A stretch of 64,000 nt of DNA, from IMG/VR virus record IMGVR_UViG_3300022661_000070; one strand, given 5' to 3'. Each line of letters begins with the position of its first letter. Positions within the stretch are counted from its first letter, which is position 1. Source of the DNA: a virus. Below the pieces are notes generated by a model. That model was given only the letters and a program-made list of their open reading frames with translations. It had not been told where the DNA came from and searched no databases. Below, piece by piece: positions 47,072 to 56,482 of this stretch. A program made the translations under genes and the position numbers.

Positions 47072-47675
47072 CTCTATCTTCCTCCTCTGGAAATTTGTTA
47101 ATATATTCTTTTAGAATTTCTTCTAAAACTTCTTGTTCTTTAGGCCATAAAGTCATTTTAGGTTTTTCACTAATATACCAAGTTCTTACTTCTCTTGGGT
47201 CATCTTTCTTTAGACCAAAGCTTGCCCAATCACATAACATTTCGATATAGGCTATCATTATATCTTCATCAATTTCTTCTGAACTATGTTTAGTTTCATC
47301 TAACTCTTTATCTTCAGTTAGCCAGTATTCCCAGTGATGAGGGTTTCTACTATAATGAAGCCAGAATATGTCTTGTATTTTGTCCATAACTTCATTTGCT
47401 TCATCATCATTTACTGGATAGTATTTCTTTCTATACCATTCAAACTCATCATCTTTATATTTACTAGCATCATGATTTTTAATATTAACTTCTAATTCTT
47501 CTATGTTATCTTGTATGTATGGATTATCTATAGTTTTGATAACATCCCAAGCTTTTTCAACATTCGCTCTGTGCTCTGCTAAATAATCAATATACTCATT
47601 AATTTTAATATTTAACTCTTTATTTCTATCGAAAGCTTGATTTATTTCTTCAATTAATCTTAATGTATTATTCAT
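47064..47675 (-). CDS. hypothetical protein with DUF5662-like region
   Basis: NNIKNHDASKYKDDEFEWYRKKYYPVN...WLHYSRNPHHWEYW. Confidence 0.6.
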   Translation of the reverse strand: MNNTLRLIEEINQAFDRNKELNIKINEYIDYLAEHRANVEKAWDVIKTIDNPYIQDNIEELEVNIKNHDASKYKDDEFEWYRKKYYPVNDDEANEVMDKIQDIFWLHYSRNPHHWEYWLTEDKELDETKHSSEEIDEDIMIAYIEMLCDWASFGLKKDDPREVRTWYISEKPKMTLWPKEQEVLEEILKEYINKFPEEEDRDE

Positions 47676-47719
47676 GCTAAGTCCTCCTAAAGAAATATAT
47701 AAAAGTCAATCACATTTCT

Positions 47720-47748
47720 ATTATATCATAATGCATTAAATAAGTAAA
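47720..47748 (-). promoter_or_regulatory. sigma-A-like promoter TTTACT-N17-TATAAT
   Basis: TTTACT 47748..47743, 17 nt, TATAAT 47725..47720. Confidence 0.6.
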
Positions 47749-47839
47749 CACGTTCTTAAAATGAGATTAAACATGGAAAAACTAAGCCATATAATTCTAT
47801 AGCTTAGTTTAGAAAATGTCTCTAAAGTCATTCTAGTGT

Positions 47840-48253
47840 TTAAGTTTCAGGGTCTATTAATACTTCCCCTTCTTCTATGTATTGAGTTCTATGAATGTCC
47901 ACTAATGAGGTTAGATATCTATTCTGTACATTGAAAGCTTCTAAATCTTCTTTCTTCCCACTTCTCATAAACTTATCTGCTACATCTATGTAAGTAGCTA
48001 AGATGTTTTGAAAAGCTTCTTCAGTCTCATCAGCTGGAGTATCAGGAGTATATGTAATTCCAAGTTGATTCATAGAAGTATTTATTTTTTCTAAAAAGAT
48101 TAGAATGTTTCCTAATAAATCTGAGCGTTCCTCATCATCTTCAGTGTCTAAATATAATTTAATTCTATCTTTTAGACTCTTAATATTTTCTTTAAATATA
48201 TCTCTTGAATAGAAGTTTTCTTCTGATTCTACTAATCTTGAATATATGCTCAT
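47840..48253 (-). CDS. hypothetical protein
   Basis: 137 aa ORF. Confidence 0.6.
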   Translation of the reverse strand: MSIYSRLVESEENFYSRDIFKENIKSLKDRIKLYLDTEDDEERSDLLGNILIFLEKINTSMNQLGITYTPDTPADETEEAFQNILATYIDVADKFMRSGKKEDLEAFNVQNRYLTSLVDIHRTQYIEEGEVLIDPET

Positions 48254-48279
48254 GTTAATCTCCTCCTATTGTAATATAT

Positions 48280-48483
48280 TTAATCATTGCTAAATTTTGT
48301 AAAGTTATCTATAAATTCTGAAAGTTTTGGATTCATTAAATTAGCTCTTTCTAGTTCTCTTTTAAATAAACTTAAGTCTTCTATCTTATCTCTATTATCA
48401 TATCTTATTTCATCTGCATGGTCCAAGAATAGAGAAATCTCTTCATTAGCATACAAATGATACACATATTGACTTTGTAGCAT
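48280..48483 (-). CDS. hypothetical protein
   Basis: 67 aa ORF. Confidence 0.5.
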   Translation of the reverse strand: MLQSQYVYHLYANEEISLFLDHADEIRYDNRDKIEDLSLFKRELERANLMNPKLSEFIDNFTKFSND

Positions 48484-48484
48484 T

Positions 48485-49810
48485 CTACAACACCAACCTC
48501 TCTAAGAAACTTTTTCTCATCTTACAGCTGTCTACGCTTCTATCTGGTCTCCATCCTTGGAAAGTTGCATGAGCAAATCTATAGTTTCTACTAGAAATAT
48601 CTTGACCGTCTATAGTAGCTACTTTACCATAGAAGTTTGGATTTAAAGCTACTCTTCCAAACTCATCTTTTATAGAAATTATTTGTCTTAGTTCTTGTGT
48701 AATTCCAGATACAGTTGCTATGTGATGAGTTACTGGATTTCCGTTTTCATCTTCTATAAAGTTATTATCATCATCTATTAAGTAGATAGAAAATTCTAAA
48801 GCTCCAACTAATCCTTCATTAGCTGTTCCAGGAGTACCTTCTGTAAATCCAGTTATGAAAGCATCTACTGTGTCTCCCATCTTTTCCATTAATAGAGATT
48901 GAGATACAGTTCTTTTAATTTTAATCCACTCTCCAGCTCTCTTTCCTAATAAGTCATATTTAGAATCTAAGTCTTTAGCTATACAACCTTCTCCACCAAC
49001 TGATAGTATTTGTTCATAAAAGCTTCTTTTATCTATCATTGTAGATTTTACTTTCTCTAATCTAGCGTCCATTCCTGCTTGTCTTAAAGAATAAACTATT
49101 CCATTCAATACTTTATCTCTTTTAGATAAAGGTAAATCTGTAGTCCACTGCCCATTTAACATCATTAAATCAAATGCTATAAATTTAAGTGGATTAGTTT
49201 CTTGCATTTGATGTGATAAATCATCTAAGCTTCCTAATATACTAGTTACTAGATTTAATTGAGTATCAGCTACTAGTTCTACTCCATTTTTCATTGCATT
49301 AATTTCATTAAATTGTGGAACTAACTCTGTATCTATTATAAAACTTTTAATTCCATATTGAGCTAATACTTCATTATTTAGCTTAGGCATTAATATTTTA
49401 GTCTTATAAGATATAGGTAAGCAGTCTTTTACTGAAATATTTCTACTATACATATCCCATCCAAATTCTACATCATAACAAACTACACATCTACATCCGT
49501 CTATTTTCTCTTGAAAAATCCAGTTATTATTGTCTTCCCATAGTTGTTCTCTTACTGAGTCTAACTTCTTATCTTTTTGTTGTAAAGCTAGCATTGGACT
49601 GTCTAACTTTAATATCTTATACATAAATGGACTAAGCGTTCCTTCAGCTTCATATTTCTTCAAATAATAAGACTGTATAGCTTTTTCACAGTCTCTTACT
49701 GTGCTTTCTTTATATCTTTCACCAGTGTTTTTGTCTACTCTATTTCTGCTTTTCTCTGGTTCTAGTTCTAAAGTTTCACATATCTTTAGTAATTCATCTC
49801 TTCTAGCCAT
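48485..49810 (-). CDS. ATP-dependent DNA ligase
   Basis: Adenylation motif FQEKIDGCRCV, GEGCIAKDLDSKY, GEWIKIKR. Confidence 0.9.
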   Translation of the reverse strand: MARRDELLKICETLELEPEKSRNRVDKNTGERYKESTVRDCEKAIQSYYLKKYEAEGTLSPFMYKILKLDSPMLALQQKDKKLDSVREQLWEDNNNWIFQEKIDGCRCVVCYDVEFGWDMYSRNISVKDCLPISYKTKILMPKLNNEVLAQYGIKSFIIDTELVPQFNEINAMKNGVELVADTQLNLVTSILGSLDDLSHQMQETNPLKFIAFDLMMLNGQWTTDLPLSKRDKVLNGIVYSLRQAGMDARLEKVKSTMIDKRSFYEQILSVGGEGCIAKDLDSKYDLLGKRAGEWIKIKRTVSQSLLMEKMGDTVDAFITGFTEGTPGTANEGLVGALEFSIYLIDDDNNFIEDENGNPVTHHIATVSGITQELRQIISIKDEFGRVALNPNFYGKVATIDGQDISSRNYRFAHATFQGWRPDRSVDSCKMRKSFLERLVL

Positions 49811-49854
49811 AGTCTCCTCCTTATTTTATTTCTCTAATAATATTATGCATAAAA

Positions 49855-49878
49855 AGAGAGTACTTGATTGTACTCTCT
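49855..49878 (-). terminator. hairpin terminator
   Basis: AGAGAGTAC-AATCAA-GTACTCTCTTTTTAT. Confidence 0.8.
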
Positions 49879-49913
49879 AAAAGGGCAGTGTATATAAGGA
49901 ATTAACTTATATC

Positions 49914-50510
49914 TTATTCATCTTTAAAAGTTACTGAGTTATATGTAACTCCCTCACTATCTGTGTAAGCATTAGTGTTTATAGTTGCATTCTTATACTC
50001 TTCTACTTCTTGATTAGCTATTTCTCTTACTTTTTCTTCTCCAAGTTTTTCGATATACTTTTTAATATATCTACTGTCTAATACATACTCTAAAGTTCTA
50101 TTATTGTCTGGAGCGTATGTTAATATAGAATGAATCATTTGTATACAATTTAAAATAGTTCCTTCTATGTCTAATTCATTCCATACTTCTGGTGGTAGTC
50201 TTTTAGCTATTCCAGCTGTACTTTCTGGATTTGGGTCTCCAGCATCTCTTAAAGCTTGAACCTCTTTCTTATGAAGCTCTTCATGCATTGCTCTTAACTC
50301 TTTATTAGTAGTTTCAGTTAAAACTTCTTCAGCTTCTTCTATTCCTACTTCAGTTTTCATTTTCCAATTTCTTTCTAATTGGTCTTCTAAGGTCTTTAGA
50401 GCTTCTTCTCCTTTAGTAGAATCTTCTGACTCTACTAAATCATAACTTTCATTAAGTATCTTAGTAAAATCAGAAGTTATACTCCCATTTATTCTATCAG
50501 ATAATCTCAT
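49914..50510 (-). CDS. hypothetical protein
   Basis: 198 aa ORF. Confidence 0.6.
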   Translation of the reverse strand: MRLSDRINGSITSDFTKILNESYDLVESEDSTKGEEALKTLEDQLERNWKMKTEVGIEEAEEVLTETTNKELRAMHEELHKKEVQALRDAGDPNPESTAGIAKRLPPEVWNELDIEGTILNCIQMIHSILTYAPDNNRTLEYVLDSRYIKKYIEKLGEEKVREIANQEVEEYKNATINTNAYTDSEGVTYNSVTFKDE

Positions 50511-50520
50511 AGTTTACCTC

Positions 50521-51285
50521 CTATTCAGTTACTTCTTCTACAGATGCAAATAACCAAGACATAGTAGCTGTATCAAATGATTCTAAATCTCCATCAATTG
50601 TATCTATAGTTCCAACAGTCATTACGAATGGTCCTGGAGCTACTGAATCAGCTATAGTCATTTGTTCTCCAGTTGCATCAGGAGCTATGTGTTTCCATCC
50701 AGCACCAGTAAATTCTCCAACTATACCCATTTCATCAAGTGGAGTAAATGTATCTGCATTAACCCAGCTTCTGTAGTAAACATTTTCTGCTCCAGCAGTA
50801 GCATCCATACATCCACAAATGAATCCAGTTCCATGTCCAAGCATTAAATCTTCATTCTCACTTAATATTTGAAAATCTTGCTGACTTTCTAATTTTTCAG
50901 TTATGTTTCCAGCTTCTTCATCTACTACATCTCTAAATGTGAATTTATATTTTTTACCAGGAACTATTGTAGCAAATACTGCAACTGGCTCTTCTTCAGC
51001 TGGTTCGTCAGTTAAAGTAGCGTTATAAACTTGGCATACTCCTTCTAAATCTCCAACTTTTTCTCCAGGAGTTTTAAAAGTTACTACTTCTGAGTCTGCT
51101 CCATTATTAAGAATAGCCTTCATTTTTTCTGGTGTTATTCCAGCAACAGTTACTATTTCTCCATTTTCTAATTCTACTTCTCTTTCTAGAGCTACTACAG
51201 TTTCTCCAGCATTTGCATTTATTGCTTGTACAAACCCTAATTCTGTAGTTGCTTCTTCTAAATTATTTTGTTTTAATTTTTCCAT
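50521..51285 (-). CDS. hypothetical, possible virion protein
   Basis: 254 aa, beta-rich. Confidence 0.55.
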   Translation of the reverse strand: MEKLKQNNLEEATTELGFVQAINANAGETVVALEREVELENGEIVTVAGITPEKMKAILNNGADSEVVTFKTPGEKVGDLEGVCQVYNATLTDEPAEEEPVAVFATIVPGKKYKFTFRDVVDEEAGNITEKLESQQDFQILSENEDLMLGHGTGFICGCMDATAGAENVYYRSWVNADTFTPLDEMGIVGEFTGAGWKHIAPDATGEQMTIADSVAPGPFVMTVGTIDTIDGDLESFDTATMSWLFASVEEVTE

Positions 51286-51298
51286 ATTATTTTACCTC

Positions 51299-52618
51299 CT
51301 ATTTATTTTTAATATCAACAGCGTATTGTGGATTTAGTATTGCTACTACAACACTGTCATTCTTTATATCAGAATCGAAATCTGTGTCTTTCATTCCAAT
51401 TCTTTTTAATGAATCTATAATAGTTTGATGAACTGTAACTAAGTCAATATGTTTGTCTCTTCTAGTTACTGCTAATCCAATAGCTCCATCAACTACTCCA
51501 GTCTTAAAAGAAAATGCATTTCCTAAACCGCTATTTTCTAATTGAGTTTTTAAAGCTGCAGAAATTTCATTTAATTCATTTCCAGTGGTATATTCTCCTC
51601 TATCTAGAATTACTTTGTCTCCTTGAACTTGATATTCTTTTAGTTTGTCTTTATGAATAGCAATGTATTTTTCATTTTCTTTTACTAATATATAGTTACC
51701 TCTTTGATATTGACCTTCAGCATTCTTTAAGAATCCTTTAAAGCAAACTGATTCATCTAATGAATTATTATAGTCTCCTAATAAAATGTCAAAGTGTCTT
51801 TTCTCTTCATCTGGATTAGCTTTAGTTATTCCTAAATCTTGGTCCATTTTAGGAGCTATGTCTGAACATTGAGTTCCTTCTTCAGCTTCTTCTAAATCAG
51901 AAGAGTTTATTCCTGGAACTAATTCTTCAGCATTAGGTGCATCATATAAGTCATCTACCCATGCAAATGGAAAATCTTCTTCATTATCAGTATCTCCACA
52001 GTAAGGGCATTTAACTTTGGTGTCTGTGTAAGTCACTTTTCTTTCATTATAAGGATTATCTAAAGTAGCGTATGGAATAGAGTCTTCTACTTCTTCATCA
52101 AAAGTATTAGCTTCTCTATCAAATATGTTTCCACAACTTGGACATTTTGACATTCCTATAATAGTTGCATCATATTTTCTATTCTTTAGATATTCTAAGT
52201 CTATATTTTCTAGTTCTATTTCTCCTTTTTCTTCAAAAGACTCTAGAATCTTTTTCTTTCCTGCTCCTCTTAATATACCTCTATCGCTTTCAAAGATTGG
52301 GTAGCCACTGATTTCTGTAAGTGGTTTTCCTATTTCTTCTACTATTCTAATATTAGTATTTAGAAGAGTTTCACAGTCTTCAAAGAATAGTTTAGCATCT
52401 TTTTCATTTTCTACTATTAAGTTGAAGTTTTCATTTAAATATAGAAACATTGTAGCGTAAGCTTTGCTTTCTACTAAATCATGCACTATATCTATTTTTT
52501 CTTCACTATTTTCTAATAATCTATATTTTACTTCATAAGCTTCATTTATCTTTATTGATAAAATGTCAGCTGCTGTTTCTACAGATAATGTATTAATATC
52601 AGGTAGAATTTTCATCAC
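51299..52618 (-). CDS. hypothetical with zinc-ribbon-like CPSCGN...CPYCGD
   Basis: 439 aa ORF. Confidence 0.6.
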   Translation of the reverse strand: MMKILPDINTLSVETAADILSIKINEAYEVKYRLLENSEEKIDIVHDLVESKAYATMFLYLNENFNLIVENEKDAKLFFEDCETLLNTNIRIVEEIGKPLTEISGYPIFESDRGILRGAGKKKILESFEEKGEIELENIDLEYLKNRKYDATIIGMSKCPSCGNIFDREANTFDEEVEDSIPYATLDNPYNERKVTYTDTKVKCPYCGDTDNEEDFPFAWVDDLYDAPNAEELVPGINSSDLEEAEEGTQCSDIAPKMDQDLGITKANPDEEKRHFDILLGDYNNSLDESVCFKGFLKNAEGQYQRGNYILVKENEKYIAIHKDKLKEYQVQGDKVILDRGEYTTGNELNEISAALKTQLENSGLGNAFSFKTGVVDGAIGLAVTRRDKHIDLVTVHQTIIDSLKRIGMKDTDFDSDIKNDSVVVAILNPQYAVDIKNK

Positions 52619-52765
52619 TTACCTCCTTCAAACGAGTTTTACTTATTCACCTAATTAAATATATAAAAGTGCTACATTTTGTTTGCAGCACTTATTTTTA
52701 TCTATATGTAAACGCCAGTTTGACTTCAGAAGCATTTTCTGTATCTAACCATATATCTTTATAGC

Positions 52766-52972
52766 TTAGCGCTTATAGAATTTATATGATATATGTAAAT
52801 CTGGGTCTGTTAAAAAGCTAAGTTCTTTATACCCTTCTTGCCTGTTATAAGTAAATACAGCTAGTACTTTTCTAGCTTTCTTAAAGTCTTTATCAAAAGA
52901 TTCTAAAGCTGCATCTGTGTTATACTCTTCTGAGTATTTTAATAGCATAGCTTTTGCATCTGCAACTGTCAT
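52766..52972 (-). CDS. hypothetical protein
   Basis: 68 aa ORF. Confidence 0.5.
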   Translation of the reverse strand: MTVADAKAMLLKYSEEYNTDAALESFDKDFKKARKVLAVFTYNRQEGYKELSFLTDPDLHISYKFYKR

Positions 52973-53226
52973 TAAGATTCACTCTCCCTTTTCTCTACTT
53001 TAGCCCATTCTTCTAGTATCTTTTTAATTAAACCTTCTCTATCATCTTCAGGAATAAAGTCTTTTTCTGATACTTCTACATCACATGTATCTCCAAAGTA
53101 AAGTACTTCATTTTCTTTAGTCACTGCAATTTCTTCTACTACATCTAAGTACACGTTTACTTCTAAGTCATGTTCATATACTACCCAGAATTTATCTCCA
53201 AATTTGTATTTAGTTTCTATTTTCAT
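52972..53226 (-). CDS. hypothetical protein
   Basis: 84 aa ORF. Confidence 0.5.
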   Translation of the reverse strand: MKIETKYKFGDKFWVVYEHDLEVNVYLDVVEEIAVTKENEVLYFGDTCDVEVSEKDFIPEDDREGLIKKILEEWAKVEKRESES

Positions 53227-54737
53227 TAATCTTCTCCTTTTAATATACTCTCTAGCTCTTCATCAGTAAGTAGTCTTCCTTGTCTGCTAGCCCACAATAA
53301 TCCTCTTTTTAAGTCTCTAATCATATATCTATCTGCTTTACAAAGTTCTAAAGGAAGTGTTTCTATATTACCAAATATTGATGCAATCAATCCTCCGTTT
53401 ATATCTACTAAACATCTTTTGTAAGAGTCTATAGTTCCTTTACATTCTAATAAATGTATGTGTTGTTGATTAAATTTACTATCTATTCTAGTAACTCTTC
53501 CTACAGCTTGTATGAATGTAAGTATACTAAATGGAATATCATAGAATATTAGAGAGTCAGCTTTCTGTAAGTTGATAGATTCAGTTCCTGCAGAAGTAAG
53601 TAATACTACAGTTCCAGGGTCTATTAATTCTTCTACTTTTTCTCTTTCTTTTTGAGTTACTGCTCCAGTAATTAAATGAACTCTCTTAACCCCTAACTGT
53701 TCTCCATAAGCTTTTAACAGTAGTCCTAATCTTTCAACTACTTCAGTATAGTCACAATAAACTAAAGTTGGACACCCTAATTTCATCTTAGCTTGTAGTA
53801 CTTTTAAGAATAAAGTTTCTTTACTAGAAAGTGAGTTTACTACTCTACTCTTTTCTTCTATGTTATCTACTACCATCTGTAAATCATGAACTCTAACTGC
53901 AAAATTATCTTCAGCAGTTTCTCTACATAATCCTTCAGAAGCTTCTAAGTAAGGTTTTACTTCAGTTTCTTTTAAATCAGTCTTATGATAATAGAATTTT
54001 AAGTTGTAGTGTTTCTGCTTCAGAATTACGTATTTAGCTAGTATATCTCTAAGTTGGTCTAAGTTCTTATAGCCTACCACGTCTTCTACTGTCTGCATCA
54101 TTCTTCTTTTCTCTCTACCTTTTCCAACCATTCTTGGAATCTGTCTTCTTTCTATTACTAAATAGTTTTGTTTGAATTGTTGATAGCTTCCAAAGATTTT
54201 AGGATTTAGCATGTACATCATGTGAAATATACCTTCTATATTATTCTTTAGTGGAGTAGCTGTCATAAACCAAACTACACTAAATAAGTGTCTCATTCCT
54301 GCTACATACTGATATATCTTGCTTTGATTAGAAGATAGAATATGAGCTTCATCTACTAATAGTAATAATCTTTTACCAGAAGCTTTTAAATCTGAAATAT
54401 ATTGTAAGTGTTTCTTTAAACTAGTATGAGTTATTACTGAAATTCTAGCTGCTGGATTTATATTTACAGTTCCTGAAGATAACTCATTAAATGATACTCT
54501 TAATTTCTGAGTAAGCTCTTTCTTAAAAGCTTTCATTGCTCTTTGTGGAGCTAATATTACTGCATGAGTATCTGGGTATCTTAATAGAACATTGCATAGA
54601 GCAGTACAACCAGAGTAAGTCTTACCAAAGCCTGTTTGAGCTGCATTGATACAATAAGGTCTCTGCAACATAAAATCTATTATTTGATTTTGTTCTTCCG
54701 TCAAAGGAAATTCTTTTCTAAGTGTATAATCTTTCAT
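53226..54737 (-). CDS. SF2 (SNF2/UvsW-like) helicase
   Basis: AAQTGFGKTYSGCTAL, LLVDEAHIL, FMTATPLKN, QAVGRVTRI. Confidence 0.9.
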   Translation of the reverse strand: MKDYTLRKEFPLTEEQNQIIDFMLQRPYCINAAQTGFGKTYSGCTALCNVLLRYPDTHAVILAPQRAMKAFKKELTQKLRVSFNELSSGTVNINPAARISVITHTSLKKHLQYISDLKASGKRLLLLVDEAHILSSNQSKIYQYVAGMRHLFSVVWFMTATPLKNNIEGIFHMMYMLNPKIFGSYQQFKQNYLVIERRQIPRMVGKGREKRRMMQTVEDVVGYKNLDQLRDILAKYVILKQKHYNLKFYYHKTDLKETEVKPYLEASEGLCRETAEDNFAVRVHDLQMVVDNIEEKSRVVNSLSSKETLFLKVLQAKMKLGCPTLVYCDYTEVVERLGLLLKAYGEQLGVKRVHLITGAVTQKEREKVEELIDPGTVVLLTSAGTESINLQKADSLIFYDIPFSILTFIQAVGRVTRIDSKFNQQHIHLLECKGTIDSYKRCLVDINGGLIASIFGNIETLPLELCKADRYMIRDLKRGLLWASRQGRLLTDEELESILKGED

Positions 54738-54766
54738 ATTTTCCTCCTATAGTTATTATGCAAAAT

Positions 54767-54792
54767 AATGGTCAGCTATTACACTGACCATT
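54767..54792 (-). terminator. hairpin terminator
   Basis: AATGGTCAG...CTGACCATTATTTT. Confidence 0.75.
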
Positions 54793-54797
54793 TCTGA

Positions 54798-55505
54798 TTA
54801 TTTTTCTAAGTTCATTATCTCTTCTATTCTTCCCCAAGTCTCATCAGATAATTCAGTAAGTTTAGTAATACATTTTAATCTAGCTAATTTTTCTCCAGGA
54901 ATTTGTAGCATCTCATCAACTAACTTTCTATAAATTATTGGCATTGATGATAAGTCTCTTACTGTTTGAGTATATTTTAAAGCTGATTGATGTATGTCTG
55001 AAGATATTTTGTTTAAAGATTTAAGTAATTCTATCTTCTCATCCATAGTTTTATAAGTATACTCTGCAGTGTTTGTAACTTCATTTACTAGTTTATTTTG
55101 GGCTACTAATAGTTTAGGTACTAAACTTAAACTCATTATCAGAGAAATCTGATTAGACTCTTTTATTCTAGAATCTGCATCCGCAAAGAATTTATCAGCG
55201 AACTCTGGTCTACTTCTTTTAGCAGCTAAGTATTCATAATATTCTGATATCTCATCTAAAGTTAGATTTAGAGAGTATTTTTGTTCAGTCCCTTCTTCTA
55301 ATAATTCATTAGCTTCCATAGATGAAGATTCAGTAGCTTTACTTAATAGAACTGACATATCTAATCTAGTTCCTAAAGTATCAGTTATTTCTTCTCCAGA
55401 CTCTATAGCTTTTTCTAATTCATTGATTATTTCTTCTTTTTCTTCATTTACTTCTTCAATATCGTCAATTTTTTCTATAGTCTCATCAAGTTTATTATCT
55501 TCCAT
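54798..55505 (-). CDS. hypothetical protein
   Basis: 235 aa ORF. Confidence 0.6.
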   Translation of the reverse strand: MEDNKLDETIEKIDDIEEVNEEKEEIINELEKAIESGEEITDTLGTRLDMSVLLSKATESSSMEANELLEEGTEQKYSLNLTLDEISEYYEYLAAKRSRPEFADKFFADADSRIKESNQISLIMSLSLVPKLLVAQNKLVNEVTNTAEYTYKTMDEKIELLKSLNKISSDIHQSALKYTQTVRDLSSMPIIYRKLVDEMLQIPGEKLARLKCITKLTELSDETWGRIEEIMNLEK

Positions 55506-55514
55506 GATTTCCTC

Positions 55515-55928
55515 CTAATAGTTTTTATTAGCAATATCAAATATTAACTGGTCTCTTAAAGCATCTCGACAGTTTCTACAAATGAATCCTCCATTTAGTT
55601 TGAATTTAGATTCACCTAAATCAGATAAACACTGATGACATCTAGTTTCTAGTCTATATTTTCTATTTAATCTTATAGGTTCTCCTTCTTCTACTGCAGG
55701 AACTTTAGTATCTTCTTTAGAAATTAAAGATATAATATTATCTAATCTAGACTCCACTACTGGAGGTTCAGATTTGACTTCTGGGACATTTTTAGGGTTA
55801 GCTATAATTATCTTATTATCTTGTAATTTTAGCTCTACCTCATCTCCAGTCTTTAATTCTAATTTAGCTAGCATCTCTGCTGGAAGGTTAATTCTATAGC
55901 TATTGTCGAATTTTTTATTAACAGTCAT
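55515..55928 (-). CDS. AbrB/SpoVT-like domain plus zinc ribbon
   Basis: YRINLPAEMLAKLELKTGDEVELKLQDNKIII; CHQCL...CRNCRD. Confidence 0.75.
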   Translation of the reverse strand: MTVNKKFDNSYRINLPAEMLAKLELKTGDEVELKLQDNKIIIANPKNVPEVKSEPPVVESRLDNIISLISKEDTKVPAVEEGEPIRLNRKYRLETRCHQCLSDLGESKFKLNGGFICRNCRDALRDQLIFDIANKNY

Positions 55929-55961
55929 AATATTCCCTCAATTCTATATATAATTTATGTG

Positions 55962-56174
55962 TTATTTTATAAAGCTTTTTAATTTAAAATAATCTAAGAA
56001 CTTTTTCTTTCTTAAAATTATTCCAGTGCTTTGATAAATTATTACTACTTTATTTAAATCTATGTTTAGCTCTACATCATTAGGATTTGCGAAAGAGAAA
56101 GTTACTGAAACACTCTCTCCTTTAGCAAATGCTTTTAACTGATGATAAGACACATATACTTTTATAGTTCCCAT
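55962..56174 (-). CDS. hypothetical protein
   Basis: 70 aa ORF. Confidence 0.5.
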   Translation of the reverse strand: MGTIKVYVSYHQLKAFAKGESVSVTFSFANPNDVELNIDLNKVVIIYQSTGIILRKKKFLDYFKLKSFIK

Positions 56175-56482
56175 TAACTTATCTTCCCTTCATAGTTTAG
56201 ATTTTCTCTTAACTGTTTGATAGTTAGAGTATTAATGATTGATTGTTGCACTTTCTGAGTTATTTCTCCAAAGTCTAACTCAAACTCTATTCTATCTTTA
56301 AACTCTTCTACAATTGCATCTGATAATTTATCTGTAACTTGATACATTGCTGCTTCTTGCATTTGTTCTAGATATTTTTTAGATATTAGTACATTGGATT
56401 TAAAGAACTCTGAATCTTCTGATTCTTTAAATCCTCCTATAATTACGTTATTCTCTTTCATTAGTATGCTCCCTCCTCCCAA
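56174..56482 (-). CDS. hypothetical protein
   Basis: 102 aa ORF. Confidence 0.5.
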   Translation of the reverse strand: MGGGSILMKENNVIIGGFKESEDSEFFKSNVLISKKYLEQMQEAAMYQVTDKLSDAIVEEFKDRIEFELDFGEITQKVQQSIINTLTIKQLRENLNYEGKIS

